Assembly: GCA_016186995.1 (NCBI GenBank)
Contig: JACPKQ010000016.1
Span: 5,627-69,626 of the forward strand
Direction of reading: 5' to 3'
DNA: 64,000 nt
Origin: Deltaproteobacteria bacterium
Lineage (GTDB): Bacteria; Bdellovibrionota; JACOXK01
Part shown: positions 8,077-17,856 of the stretch, in pieces
Numbering within the stretch: the first letter of the stretch is position 1
Layout of the letters: every line of letters begins with the position of its first letter
Program-made: the position numbers and the translations under genes
The notes under the pieces: model-generated
Seen by the model: only the letters and a program-made list of their open reading frames with translations
Database searches by the model: none
What the model was told of the DNA's origin: nothing

Positions 8077-8670
8077 ATGGGTGTTGATATCCTTAAAAAT
8101 CCTCAGTTTTATTTCAAGGAAGTTCTTGAAGACGCACTTAAAAATCAAAACATCGAAACAACTCCCGAAGTCTCTTACTATCTTGTCAATCTTCTCACCC
8201 ATTTTATGGAAACAGAAAATCTCTATCAACAAAAAACAGAAAATGGCCTTGAATACGAACCTCTTGCCATTAAATACCACAAAGCCCTTACCTCAGATAC
8301 ATTTAAAAAAATAACACTTCTTAAAGAAACAGGGGATCTTTCTCTTTATATTTCTGGTTTTTTTGGAGACAGCCTTAATAGATCTATTGTTGATATTAGC
8401 TATTATATTGGAATGGGAGAAGCTGCTTATGGAAATCTCTCCTATGCAATAGATAAGGATGTTTTTCAACACATTTTTAAAGAACTCAGTCAAAAATTTA
8501 TAAAATTTGTCGATATCTTAGCTGAAATGAGTCAAAGCACAGCAATTCTTAACAATGAAAGCCTTCTTGTTATATATGAAAAATGGCTCAAAACCAAAAG
8601 TGTGCATCTTTTTAAAAAACTTCAAGAAGAAGGACTTATTCCAGTTGATTTTTCGGATAATCACCAATAA
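8077..8670 (+). CDS. hypothetical protein
   Basis: 197-aa ORF with a Shine-Dalgarno-like GAGGTGAG upstream. No recognisable motif. Confidence 0.45.
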   Translation: MGVDILKNPQFYFKEVLEDALKNQNIETTPEVSYYLVNLLTHFMETENLYQQKTENGLEYEPLAIKYHKALTSDTFKKITLLKETGDLSLYISGFFGDSLNRSIVDISYYIGMGEAAYGNLSYAIDKDVFQHIFKELSQKFIKFVDILAEMSQSTAILNNESLLVIYEKWLKTKSVHLFKKLQEEGLIPVDFSDNHQ

Positions 8671-8681
8671 AAATAAAGAGT

Positions 8682-9413
8682 ATGTTTCGTTTGGTTTTCA
8701 TCCTTTTGTTTTTTCCTTTTTTATTTCTTCAAGCAGAGAATATCGTCTTTAGTAAAACCTGGGGTGAAAACATCCCAGTTCGAGAAAGCCCAACAACAAG
8801 AAGCTCCGAAATTATTACTACAATTCAAACCGCAACATCCATCCAAGTTTTAGGTAAAGCCTCTCAAAAAGTAAAAATTGGATCTGTTGAAGATTATTGG
8901 TACAAAATTCGAATACATTCTGATGGGAAAGAAGGTTGGATTTTTGGTGCCTATCTTCTTCAAGAAGGCTCACAAGAACTTAAAGAAAGCATGAGTTTTA
9001 TTGTACAAAACCTTTATCACTTTTTACCTGACATTCAAAAAACTCTAGAACAGATTAAAAACAATAGAAAAAACATTCTGAGTTTTATCCGATCTTTATC
9101 TAATGAAAAAAGAAGATTCCTTCATTATTATGCTTATCATTTTCTTCTTGAAAAAGATGAATTGGCCGTACCACTTCTTATAGAATTTATGAACCCACAA
9201 GACGAAGCCCTTCATCAAGAAGACGTAAACTATCTTGAAACATGGACATATCTTAACAAACTCATTCCTGCTTTTTTAAACTCTGATTATGCTTCTTATA
9301 AAAAATGGTGGTTTGAACAAAAAAGATTCCAATTTAACCCAAATGATCAAACACTGATGGAAATTTTCACCCACATCAGAAAAAACGAAGATAAACAGTA
9401 TCGAAGTTTTTAA
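8682..9413 (+). CDS. hypothetical secreted protein (signal peptide, SH3b-like segment)
   Basis: N-terminal MFRLVFILLFFPFLFLQA signal; WYKIRIHSDGKEGWIFGAYL resembles bacterial SH3. Confidence 0.45.
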   Translation: MFRLVFILLFFPFLFLQAENIVFSKTWGENIPVRESPTTRSSEIITTIQTATSIQVLGKASQKVKIGSVEDYWYKIRIHSDGKEGWIFGAYLLQEGSQELKESMSFIVQNLYHFLPDIQKTLEQIKNNRKNILSFIRSLSNEKRRFLHYYAYHFLLEKDELAVPLLIEFMNPQDEALHQEDVNYLETWTYLNKLIPAFLNSDYASYKKWWFEQKRFQFNPNDQTLMEIFTHIRKNEDKQYRSF

Positions 9414-9784
9414 CTTTCTGCTTTTTCTTCTAAAACAGAAATAAGAGTCTTAAGATCGTGGATTTCTTCTTCAAGAAGCTCTATTTTTGCTTTTTGTTCG
9501 AGAATAACTTGGTCTTTGTAAGTAGAAGCAGTTTCAGAAACAGAAACAACACTTTGAAGTGCTTCTCTTGTTAAACTAAGAGTTTCATTCAAAGCTTCAT
9601 GATTGAGCGTTTCTTTTTCAAAATCAGCCCACTCTTCGGCATCGCAAAATATATAATATTTGCCTTCATGGAGCTTGTACTTAATTTTTTCGGTTTTAAT
9701 ACGCCTTCTTAAAGTCGATGTAGAAACACCCTTTTTAAGAGAGTATTGCTGAAGGGGCACCCAATTTTTATCAAGCTCATTCAT
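9410..9784 (-). CDS. putative HTH DNA-binding protein with coiled-coil tail
   Basis: N-terminal LKKGVSTSTLRRRIKTEKIKY looks like an excisionase/MerR-type helix-turn-helix. The C-terminal heptad-rich region is EQKAKIELLEEEIHDLKTLISVLEEKAE. It is divergent from the patatin gene. Confidence 0.4.
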   Translation of the reverse strand: MNELDKNWVPLQQYSLKKGVSTSTLRRRIKTEKIKYKLHEGKYYIFCDAEEWADFEKETLNHEALNETLSLTREALQSVVSVSETASTYKDQVILEQKAKIELLEEEIHDLKTLISVLEEKAES

Positions 9785-9839
9785 TGACTTAGAAACCTCC
9801 GTTATGCTTATAATGGCAGCTTAACAAAGGCCTACGAAC

Positions 9840-11027
9840 TTGACTAGGAAAAAAAGTTTAAAAAATAAAAAGAAAATTGCCTTTGTGGCAAGCGGTGGTG
9901 CTGTCAAAGCTGCCTGCTTTCACATGGGTGTGTGTCTCGCCTTAGAAGAAAAAGGGTTTTCTTTTAAAGGGGGAACACTTCAAAGTCCAAAAAAATTAGA
10001 AAACGCTCACTATCCTATTGATATTTATGTAGGCTCAAGCGCAGGTTCGGTACTGACCTCACTCATTGCACAAGGATACACACTTTCAGAAATTGTTGAT
10101 TCTTTTATGCATCGAAAGAAAAAAAGTTCAAAACTTTCTTTCTCTTACATGAATCTTTTTAGTATTGCTCGCCCCCAAATTTATAAAAATATCAAAAAAT
10201 GGTTTTCTTCTAAAAAAGTTGCCAATGGAACCATTGAAGCTTTTTTTAAAAATTTTATTACTTTAAATAGCCCTTTAACAACAGAAGGAATCGAAAAATA
10301 TCTTAGAACTAAAGCTCTTAAAACAAATAAATTTCAAGATCTTTGCGTTGAACTGTATATTGTAGCAACAAAACTGGATCATTCTGCCAAAACTATTTTT
10401 GGCCCCCGTTCTTTAACTGAAGGTGGATATTGTGCAAAACATCATTGTGATTACAATACAATAACACCTATTTCTATAGCTAGTGCTGCCTCTGCATCGT
10501 TACCACCTTTTTATCAACCCTATCCTGTGAAAAAAAAGAAAAAAATAATTTACTATACAGATGGAGAAATCAAAGCAACTCTTTCAACCCATGTTGCTAA
10601 AGATGCAGGGGCAGATCTTATTATTGCTTCCTACACACACCAACCTTATCACTATACTAAAAGCATAGGTTCTCTCATTGATTACGGTATGCCTTCTATT
10701 ATGATTCAGTCCGTCTACCAAGCCATTGAACAAAAAATTCAAACATCACGACGAATTTATAAAGATAAGGGATTTGTTCTTGATACCGTCAGCCAATTTT
10801 TTAAAAAAAACCATCTTCCCGAAGATAAAAGAAAACTTCTGTGTGATCAGCTATCTCAAACACTCGATTATAATGAGAATCGAGATTATATTTACATTCA
10901 CCCAGAACCTAAAGATCATCAGCTTTTCTTTGGAGACCACTTCAACCTTTCTCCTAAAATCATGGAGCAAACTGTAAAAAGTGGTTTTAAAGCGGCCATA
11001 AGGGTTTTAAAGGATTATTCCTTTTAA
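9840..11027 (+). CDS. patatin-like phospholipase
   Basis: The oxyanion Gly-rich motif FVASGGAVKAACFHMG and the GxSxG nucleophile elbow VGSSAGSV are present. The catalytic Asp region (DGG-like) is probably YTDGEI. Confidence 0.7.
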   Translation: MTRKKSLKNKKKIAFVASGGAVKAACFHMGVCLALEEKGFSFKGGTLQSPKKLENAHYPIDIYVGSSAGSVLTSLIAQGYTLSEIVDSFMHRKKKSSKLSFSYMNLFSIARPQIYKNIKKWFSSKKVANGTIEAFFKNFITLNSPLTTEGIEKYLRTKALKTNKFQDLCVELYIVATKLDHSAKTIFGPRSLTEGGYCAKHHCDYNTITPISIASAASASLPPFYQPYPVKKKKKIIYYTDGEIKATLSTHVAKDAGADLIIASYTHQPYHYTKSIGSLIDYGMPSIMIQSVYQAIEQKIQTSRRIYKDKGFVLDTVSQFFKKNHLPEDKRKLLCDQLSQTLDYNENRDYIYIHPEPKDHQLFFGDHFNLSPKIMEQTVKSGFKAAIRVLKDYSF

Positions 11028-11165
11028 GTTTAAGAGGCCAGGCCAGTTTTTTTAAAGAGAACAAAATTGGGCAGCCTGGGGCTTCTCTAGAAAAATAAAA
11101 ATTTAGTATTTTCAATAACTTATCTGATTAAAATACTGGCATAAAGTCTGCAACCCTCTCTTTGT

Positions 11166-12485
11166 ATGAAAAGGATGAGGTTGCTTAAAGGAGGCAAGGG
11201 CTTTGCCTATTCCCTAAAAAGAATAATAAAATTAGGTGTTTACTCAAGTTTAAGCTCTGTTTTTGCCTTAAGCTTATATGCCAATTATCGCCATAAATCA
11301 AAAATAGATGGATTTAAAGAATTTAAGCAGATTAAAGAGGTAACGCAAACTCTCACTAATACCTTTGCTGAAACCGTCACAGAACAACTTTCACAACACC
11401 TCCAAGTTAATCCTCAAAAATTTGAAACCTTATCAGATAAAGGGAAAATAAGATTTTTAGAAAATCTTCTTAACGATCCTGAAGGAAGGGTTTCTCAAAA
11501 TTTTAAAGTACCTAAAAATCTTAAAAACCAAGTGCTTTTTTGGTTTAAAGTTTTTAACATTTATTCAAATACAGATATTATTCTTCACAATATTAACGAA
11601 CCTTGGAAGATTTATACCGTTGTTGATACCTCAGGACTTTCGGGGAAAGAACGCTTCCTCAAAGTAAGGGAAGCTCTTAAACAGTTTCCACAATATCAAA
11701 ATCAAATTCGTCAACAGCAAGGAATGAAAAACTCAGTTGCTTTTGCTCTTGAAAAATCGGGCCGCTACATGAAAAATATGGAAAAGATTTTTAGAGAAAA
11801 CAAATTGCCTGTAGAACTTGTAAGACTTCCTATTGTAGAATCTTCTTTCAATCCTCAAGCTTATTCTAAGGTAGGTGCTGCAGGACTTTGGCAATTTATG
11901 AGAAAAACAGGAAAACACTTTTTAGAGAGTATTAATACTCATATTGATGAAAGACTCAGCCCATTTAAAGCAACTGAGGCAGCTGCACAACTTTTAAAAG
12001 AAAATTTTCAAATTTTGGGATCATGGCCTCTGGCCGTTTCTGCTTATCACCATGGACCTGGCCTCATCCTTAAAGCCAAAAAGGTTCTTGGAACAAATGA
12101 CCTTGGGGTCATGATCTCAACATTTAACCACCCTCAATATCAATTTGCTTCTAAAAACTACTACACTGAGTTTTTAGCTGCTGTTTATACTGAGAAATAC
12201 CATGACAAACTCTTTGAAGATTTAGAAAAAGAAAAACCCCTCAAATACGACGATGTTATTCTGGGATACTCTATGCGTGTAAAAGCAATCATGGACATTT
12301 GTCGTATTTCTTTAGAAGAACTTAAACTCTATAACCCAGACCTCAAAACCCAAGCTTTTCAATCAAGTTATTATTTACCAGAAAACCACTGGTTAAAACT
12401 CCCTCAGGGTAAGAAAAAATACATGGATCAGTTCCATAAAGAAGCTGAAGAAGCCAGAAAATTTATGGAAGGATTAAAATCTTAA
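11166..12485 (+). CDS. lytic murein transglycosylase (SLT domain, MltD-like)
   Basis: VESSFNPQAYSKVGAAGLWQFMRKTG matches the SLT catalytic motif (ES-x-FNP ... AGA-x-GLMQ). Confidence 0.7.
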   Translation: MKRMRLLKGGKGFAYSLKRIIKLGVYSSLSSVFALSLYANYRHKSKIDGFKEFKQIKEVTQTLTNTFAETVTEQLSQHLQVNPQKFETLSDKGKIRFLENLLNDPEGRVSQNFKVPKNLKNQVLFWFKVFNIYSNTDIILHNINEPWKIYTVVDTSGLSGKERFLKVREALKQFPQYQNQIRQQQGMKNSVAFALEKSGRYMKNMEKIFRENKLPVELVRLPIVESSFNPQAYSKVGAAGLWQFMRKTGKHFLESINTHIDERLSPFKATEAAAQLLKENFQILGSWPLAVSAYHHGPGLILKAKKVLGTNDLGVMISTFNHPQYQFASKNYYTEFLAAVYTEKYHDKLFEDLEKEKPLKYDDVILGYSMRVKAIMDICRISLEELKLYNPDLKTQAFQSSYYLPENHWLKLPQGKKKYMDQFHKEAEEARKFMEGLKS

Positions 12486-12510
12486 AATGGCATAATAACA
12501 AGCTTGCTTC

Positions 12511-12586
12511 TGAATTGGGGGCATATTTTTTGCTCCTAAACGTGCGCAAAAAACAGCGCCCCAATTCTCTCATGGATTTGAATTCC
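12511..12586. repeat. 74-bp hairpin-forming repeat (copy 1), inverted relative to the copy at 19634..19707
   Basis: gcttctgaattgggggcatattttttgctcctaaacgtgcgcaaaaaacagcgccccaattctctcatggattt. Its reverse complement is identical to 19634..19707. It is internally palindromic (gggggcatattttttgc / gcaaaaaacagcgcccc). Confidence 0.8.
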
Positions 12587-14430
12587 TATGGTAGAAAAAG
12601 TGTTGCGTAGCCTGGTGGAAAATAAAGTGTTGTGAGCCCTCTAAAAAATCCGTCTTTAGAATAGAAAGAAATAACTTCCTCACCTTGGGGAATGTTTAAA
12701 AAGCTCATCCGATGATGTCCTTTGACATCTGTGTTTTGACTTAAAAAATCAATTCCTCTTTCACGCATGTAAAAGTTAAAAGATACGTTGTTTGTTGTAT
12801 AAACTCGAAGCTCTTCATTAAAGAAAGAAAAATCTGCCCACAAATTACCTGCTTGGGGATTAAGTGGTAGTGGAAGTTTTTGATCTTCTAAAGAAAAAAG
12901 TGAGGGTAAATAAACAAAACTCAAACTTGGTTTATATTTTATATTTCCTAAAAAGTATTCTGGGTGTTCGAGCTCCAACTCTACAAAATCTTGAAAGGTT
13001 GCAATAGGACCTAAAGAAAAAGAACCTTCTTCATTTGTTTGTGTTTGAACAGGGTATCCTGCAACCCTCACTTGTACTTGAGTAACCCCTCCTTCATTTT
13101 CATTTCTTACAAGAGAAGTTTTTAAAACCTTTCCTTTTAGATAAATAGGGCTTTTCTCTTGAAGTACAAGTTCTGTCACTATGCCCTCTTTATGAGAGAA
13201 TCTTATAAAACCTATAAACTCTTGCCCTGCATAAGCCTCAAGAGTCCACATGCCTTCTTGTACAAAAGAAAAAGTAAAAATCCCTTCTTGAGATGATAAA
13301 GACTCTTCTCCACTTTCTTTGAGAACAAGCCTTACCCCTTTAAGGGGGAATCCAAATTTATCTAAAACCTGCCCATGAAGTTGGTTTGTATTTTCTTTAC
13401 GATCCACTAAAGCGACATCAACATATCGGCTGGTGTCCATGTAAAGTGGTACTCTTTGAACAACTTCTTTATTATTGAGAATTTCAAGATAACCATCAAA
13501 ATAATAAAGCTCATCAATATAGTAAAAGCCTTCTAAATTTGTTTTAAGAATAATATCTGTTCCTTCTAACCTTAGCTCAACGTGAGGAGCTGGTGTTGTA
13601 TAAGGATTAAGAGAAGAATATCCATTGAGTACTCTTCCAGAAAGAGCATAACTTTTTGGCTTATGCTGACCTATAAATAAATAAACATTTTTTAAATCTT
13701 CTTCTAAGTTAACAGGGTTAGCAGAATATACAGCTGTTGTTCTTAATGGATAAGATTCTCCCGTTTTAGGAGATTTCTTATCACTAAAATAACGGGCCAC
13801 AAGATGCCCTTGAACTTTTTTAGAAAACATAAATGAAAATCGAGAAACACCCTTTTCTAAAATATGGTGAGCAAGAAGGCGCGAGGTTGGTTTAGGAAGG
13901 CCGTCGGAACCGACGTCATCGTATAAACCAACCTCAAAATGACCCACATCATTTGTGTCGCGATTGTAATCGATCACCTGTCCTGAAATTATCCACTGCG
14001 CTTTTTGGGTCACGACTTGCGGTAGGAAAGTTTTTTTATTTTCCAAATTTTGCGTAGCAACCACAAGTGGGGTTTGGTCAGTACTTTGAGGGCTTGTTTG
14101 GGTTGTGGCTACAATTGTTTGCGGTGTCAGATGATCAAGGCTTTTTTGCAAATATCCTAGTTCGAAATTATTTCTTACACGATAAACCCGAGCTAATGCA
14201 TAATGATCAACACTATCAACAACAGTATTGAGAGGTTTTATATTTTTAATATTTTTTTCAAAGTTATTATACTCACCTTGAAGTACTAAACTCTGTTTTC
14301 GAATTTTTGTTTTGATATTTTTAACAAGTGGGGTTTTAAAATAAAGAAGTCCGGCAGCAGGCACCGCGAGCGGTACAAAAAGAAGAAACACAAGGAACTT
14401 CAACTTAAGATATTTTTCAATCGTCACCAA
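12586..14430 (-). CDS. large secreted protein with carboxypeptidase-regulatory-like beta-sandwich repeats
   Basis: 614 aa with an N-terminal signal/anchor. Recurrent GxVLD/GKVLK...V.V.G segments suggest Ig-like/CarD-like folds. No catalytic motif seen. Confidence 0.5.
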   Translation of the reverse strand: MVTIEKYLKLKFLVFLLFVPLAVPAAGLLYFKTPLVKNIKTKIRKQSLVLQGEYNNFEKNIKNIKPLNTVVDSVDHYALARVYRVRNNFELGYLQKSLDHLTPQTIVATTQTSPQSTDQTPLVVATQNLENKKTFLPQVVTQKAQWIISGQVIDYNRDTNDVGHFEVGLYDDVGSDGLPKPTSRLLAHHILEKGVSRFSFMFSKKVQGHLVARYFSDKKSPKTGESYPLRTTAVYSANPVNLEEDLKNVYLFIGQHKPKSYALSGRVLNGYSSLNPYTTPAPHVELRLEGTDIILKTNLEGFYYIDELYYFDGYLEILNNKEVVQRVPLYMDTSRYVDVALVDRKENTNQLHGQVLDKFGFPLKGVRLVLKESGEESLSSQEGIFTFSFVQEGMWTLEAYAGQEFIGFIRFSHKEGIVTELVLQEKSPIYLKGKVLKTSLVRNENEGGVTQVQVRVAGYPVQTQTNEEGSFSLGPIATFQDFVELELEHPEYFLGNIKYKPSLSFVYLPSLFSLEDQKLPLPLNPQAGNLWADFSFFNEELRVYTTNNVSFNFYMRERGIDFLSQNTDVKGHHRMSFLNIPQGEEVISFYSKDGFFRGLTTLYFPPGYATLFLP

Positions 14431-14564
14431 AGCCCTCTACCTTATTTTTATCACATCCAGGTTGGATATTCAAAAAATTTTCTTATGAATAATCATTTTT
14501 ATGAATAATCACAGGATATCCACAATGGTGCACTTGATTAATACAGTTCATAAGGATAAATGGT

Positions 14565-15509
14565 TTGGGGATGACAAGCATTATGAACAAATACTTAGAT
14601 GGAAAAAGATATTACTCCTTTGGACAACATCTTAAAGAACACTTTGGTGAGAAAGTTTATAAAGTTTCTTTGGATGGGGGATTTACTTGTCCCAACCGGG
14701 ATGGCACTTTAGGGCATGGTGGTTGCACATTTTGTAGCCAAGATGGTTCTTTAGCTCCAGGGGCTGATCCTTACATTGGACTCAAAGAACAAATTGAAAA
14801 AGGAAAAGTTTTTCTCGGTCAAAGGTATGGTGCTAAGAAATTTTTAGCTTATTTTCAATCTTTTTCAAATACCTATGGCGATGTTTTAGAACTTGAAAAA
14901 AAATATCGACTTGCTTTAAATCAAAAAGATATTGTAGGGCTTTCAGTTGCGACCCGCCCTGATTGCGTTCCTGATAAAACACTTGACCTGATAGCTGACA
15001 TTTCAAAAGATCATTACACCTGGTTAGAATTTGGGCTTCAAACGATGCATGATAATATTAATAAATCTTTAAACCGTCTTCATACTTTTAAAGACTTTGT
15101 ATCGGCTGTTGAGCGGGCTCACAAAAGAAATTTAAGAATTTGTGCTCATATTATTCTTTTTCTACCCGGAGAAACTAGAAAGCACATGGAAGAGACCATT
15201 CAGACCCTTTCCAAAATGCCTGTAACAGGCATTAAAGTACATCTCCTTCATGTTATTAAAAAAACAGCCCTTGCCTCCCAACATGCCAAGGGAGAAATCA
15301 GCCTTCCCTCGCAAAAAGAATATGTTGAAACCGTGGCTGATTTTGTAGAGCTTTTACCCCCTCATCTTATTATTCAAAGACTTACAGGGGAAACCTCTAA
15401 AGAGGAAATGATCGCCCCTCTGTGGGCTCTTAACAAAAATCAAATACTTAAAGAAATTAATGATACCCTTATTCAAAGAAATACTTGCCAAGGAAGCCGT
15501 TTCTATTAA
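14565..15509 (+). CDS. radical SAM protein, TIGR01212/YhcC-like
   Basis: Cys cluster CPNRDGTLGHGGCTFC near the N-terminus and a ~310-aa size typical of this family. Confidence 0.7.
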   Translation: MGMTSIMNKYLDGKRYYSFGQHLKEHFGEKVYKVSLDGGFTCPNRDGTLGHGGCTFCSQDGSLAPGADPYIGLKEQIEKGKVFLGQRYGAKKFLAYFQSFSNTYGDVLELEKKYRLALNQKDIVGLSVATRPDCVPDKTLDLIADISKDHYTWLEFGLQTMHDNINKSLNRLHTFKDFVSAVERAHKRNLRICAHIILFLPGETRKHMEETIQTLSKMPVTGIKVHLLHVIKKTALASQHAKGEISLPSQKEYVETVADFVELLPPHLIIQRLTGETSKEEMIAPLWALNKNQILKEINDTLIQRNTCQGSRFY

Positions 15510-15544
15510 AAAATAAATAGCTAGTTTAACGAATAGGAGGTGTT

Positions 15545-15982
15545 ATGAGAAAAATATTTTTTTTAATTTTAACGAGCTGCATGCTTTTAAGTCTTTCAAT
15601 TTGGGCTGTTGATATTGATTGTGATGTGTGCGGAATGGTCATTAAAGATAAAGCTCCAAATCACTTTATTCTTAAAAAAGCAGTAGCTTCTGAAAAAGCT
15701 CTCAATGCATGCTCAATCCCTTGTGTAAAAAAGGCAAAAAAAAGCTCGGCTCAATATACAAAGATAGAGGTTCCAGATTTTAATCATCCAGGAAAGTTTC
15801 TGGACGGTGAGAAAGCTTTTTTCCTTATCAAAAGCAAAAATGTTAAAAAAGACTTAGGTGATATGGTAATGCCTCCTCATGTGGTGGCATTTACAACAAA
15901 AGAAGAAGCTCTTGCTTCTCAGAAAAAATATGGTGATGGCGAAGTGGTGCAAGGATTAGAAAAAGCTTTAAAAGAGATTTAA
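15545..15982 (+). CDS. NosL-like / YHS-like metal-binding lipoprotein (putative copper chaperone)
   Basis: Signal peptide, then DIDCDVCGMVIKDKAPNHF (C-x2-C-G-M motif as in NosL/YHS domains). The C-terminus VVAFTTKEEALASQKKYG is NosL-like. Confidence 0.4.
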   Translation: MRKIFFLILTSCMLLSLSIWAVDIDCDVCGMVIKDKAPNHFILKKAVASEKALNACSIPCVKKAKKSSAQYTKIEVPDFNHPGKFLDGEKAFFLIKSKNVKKDLGDMVMPPHVVAFTTKEEALASQKKYGDGEVVQGLEKALKEI

Positions 15983-15996
15983 TAAAAATAAGTTTT

Positions 15997-16449
15997 ATGA
16001 AAAAAATACTAAAAAATATCATACTCGGTATGGGTTGTTTGCTCCTTCTCGTCTCATGTGGGCCCATGAATAAAAAACTAGCAAATCTTGATTCTGACAC
16101 TTCTTCTTTTGTAAAACCGGGTGAGGGCAAAAATCTTTCAAAAAATGCTCAGTTTTATATTTATAACTCACTTTTTCATTCGAAACCTATTTTAGGAGAT
16201 AATGAAATCACAATGAGATTTGTTTACGCCAATACTTTGGTATCACTTTCTGACAAAGCAAAGATCACCGTTATTTATAGCATGCCTGAAATGCCGCAAA
16301 TGGGTGAAGAAAAAGAAAATGCCACATTACAATCTGATGGAACTTTTTTAACAACACTTTTTTTTTCGATGGCAGGCCGTTGGCATATTATTTTAAAAAT
16401 AGAGGATGACTCCGTTCAGGATGAATATGCTTTTGAAATTACTCTCTAA
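15997..16449 (+). CDS. lipoprotein, FixH/YtkA-like domain
   Basis: Lipobox LLLLVSCG. The C-terminal motif GRWHIILKIEDDSVQDEYAFEITL is shared in form with the ORF at 17384 (GDWKFDISIARDQNDTFGKTININK). Confidence 0.35.
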   Translation: MKKILKNIILGMGCLLLLVSCGPMNKKLANLDSDTSSFVKPGEGKNLSKNAQFYIYNSLFHSKPILGDNEITMRFVYANTLVSLSDKAKITVIYSMPEMPQMGEEKENATLQSDGTFLTTLFFSMAGRWHIILKIEDDSVQDEYAFEITL

Positions 16450-17374
16450 GAAATATGTTCTTATTTTTACTTTTTTTTCCCTCATTTGGTCTGGATGGCT
16501 CCTAGCCTCAAGTTGTCATGGTGGAGGAGGCGGAGAAACCCTTGTTTTACCCTCCGGACAACGTTATCAATTCGGCTTTTCAACCTCTTATCGCTTCATT
16601 CAAGGTTCTTTTGATTCTTATGGTGGGTATACTTCTCAGTCTAAAAACTCTTCCATCAGCTCCACAACCACGTCATGGAGTGGTGGGGTAAGGCTGAGTG
16701 AGTCGTGGCAACTTTCATGGGCCCTTCCTCTTACTTATAATAAATATGTTTATTCAGGAAAAGATCACTCAAGGGCTTCTTTTGGGGATCCAGTTTTTGA
16801 AACAAGATATACATTTTTAGAAGATGTCCGTTTTTTATGGTATCAGCCAGAGCTTAGTTTTTATGGTGGAATACGACTTCCTTTTGGAACTTCAACTTAT
16901 AATTCATCTGACCCTTATGGAGCTGACGTTGTTGGGGAAGGTCTCAGTTTTGTTCACAGTGGAATGAGTGCCGCCAAACTTTTCCGTCCTTTTAAACTTA
17001 CAGTGAATTGGATTTTTTACTACCCATTAGAAAAAGAAGTGGACCAGATTCGAAATAGAAGTGTGGCTCCCTATGATTTTAAAAGTGGCAATCGTATTGT
17101 GCTCAATGGGGTTGCAAATTATCTCATTAGCAATCACTGGGCGACAGCCCTCGGTATCAAAGGATTTTGGATTTTAAAATCAAAAAAAGATCAAAATGTT
17201 GTAGAAGGATCTTCCGCACGATTATTTTCAATGACAGCTTCTCTTGGTTATGCGTACGATGTCTCATGGGGAATGGCTTTAAATTATGAGACCCCATTTC
17301 CATTTTATAAATATGGCGTTAATCAACCCAATTCCCACACACTTTCACTGTCCGTTAATTATGGGATATTTTAA
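16406..17374 (+). CDS. outer-membrane beta-barrel protein (porin/channel-like)
   Basis: Signal peptide, alternating amphipathic strands rich in Tyr/Gly/Ser, and an aromatic C-terminal residue (…NYGIF). Confidence 0.45.
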   Translation: MTPFRMNMLLKLLSKKYVLIFTFFSLIWSGWLLASSCHGGGGGETLVLPSGQRYQFGFSTSYRFIQGSFDSYGGYTSQSKNSSISSTTTSWSGGVRLSESWQLSWALPLTYNKYVYSGKDHSRASFGDPVFETRYTFLEDVRFLWYQPELSFYGGIRLPFGTSTYNSSDPYGADVVGEGLSFVHSGMSAAKLFRPFKLTVNWIFYYPLEKEVDQIRNRSVAPYDFKSGNRIVLNGVANYLISNHWATALGIKGFWILKSKKDQNVVEGSSARLFSMTASLGYAYDVSWGMALNYETPFPFYKYGVNQPNSHTLSLSVNYGIF

Positions 17375-17383
17375 GGAGGTTTT

Positions 17384-17779
17384 ATGAAAAAAATTCTATT
17401 CGTAATGAGTTTTGTGATGTTGGTCATCGTACCACCTATCATTGCCTCTGATGAGGGTGCCTTAGATCCTGCAGAGTTAACAGTTCAGGAAATATATCAA
17501 GTGAGTGGCAACTGGTCTTCTCTCAAACGCGGGTGGAATACTTTGATCCTAAAAATTTCGGATTCTCAAAACCAATCTATATCTCAAGCCAAGGTTACAG
17601 TGAAGTATGATATGGCCACAATGCCTATGAATCCACCAGATAATCCTGTCGTAGAAAAAGAGGGTGGAGTTTATGAAAAAAGTATCTTTTTGGGAATGGG
17701 GGGAGATTGGAAATTTGATATTTCCATTGCCCGAGATCAAAATGATACATTCGGCAAAACAATAAATATTAATAAATAA
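17384..17779 (+). CDS. FixH/YtkA-like periplasmic protein (paralog of 15997..16449)
   Basis: Signal peptide. MPMNPP plus the C-terminal GGDWKFDISIA motif parallel the upstream lipoprotein. Confidence 0.35.
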   Translation: MKKILFVMSFVMLVIVPPIIASDEGALDPAELTVQEIYQVSGNWSSLKRGWNTLILKISDSQNQSISQAKVTVKYDMATMPMNPPDNPVVEKEGGVYEKSIFLGMGGDWKFDISIARDQNDTFGKTININK

Positions 17780-17856
17780 CCCACTCCCACACGAGCTTTC
17801 CGTTAATACAGAATTGAGGAAAAAAGGGGTTTGTGTTATGTTAGCAAGCGATTCCC

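Noticed and set aside
9840-11027. Patatin-like lipase as a CBASS/defence effector
   Set aside because: No cGAS/DncV-like nucleotidyltransferase, E1/E2 or other sensor gene nearby. The neighbours are an HTH protein and a transglycosylase.
11028-11165. Possible rho-independent terminator after the patatin gene (gaggccaggccagttttttt)
   Set aside because: The stem is only 4-5 bp (ggcc/ggcc), too weak to call confidently.
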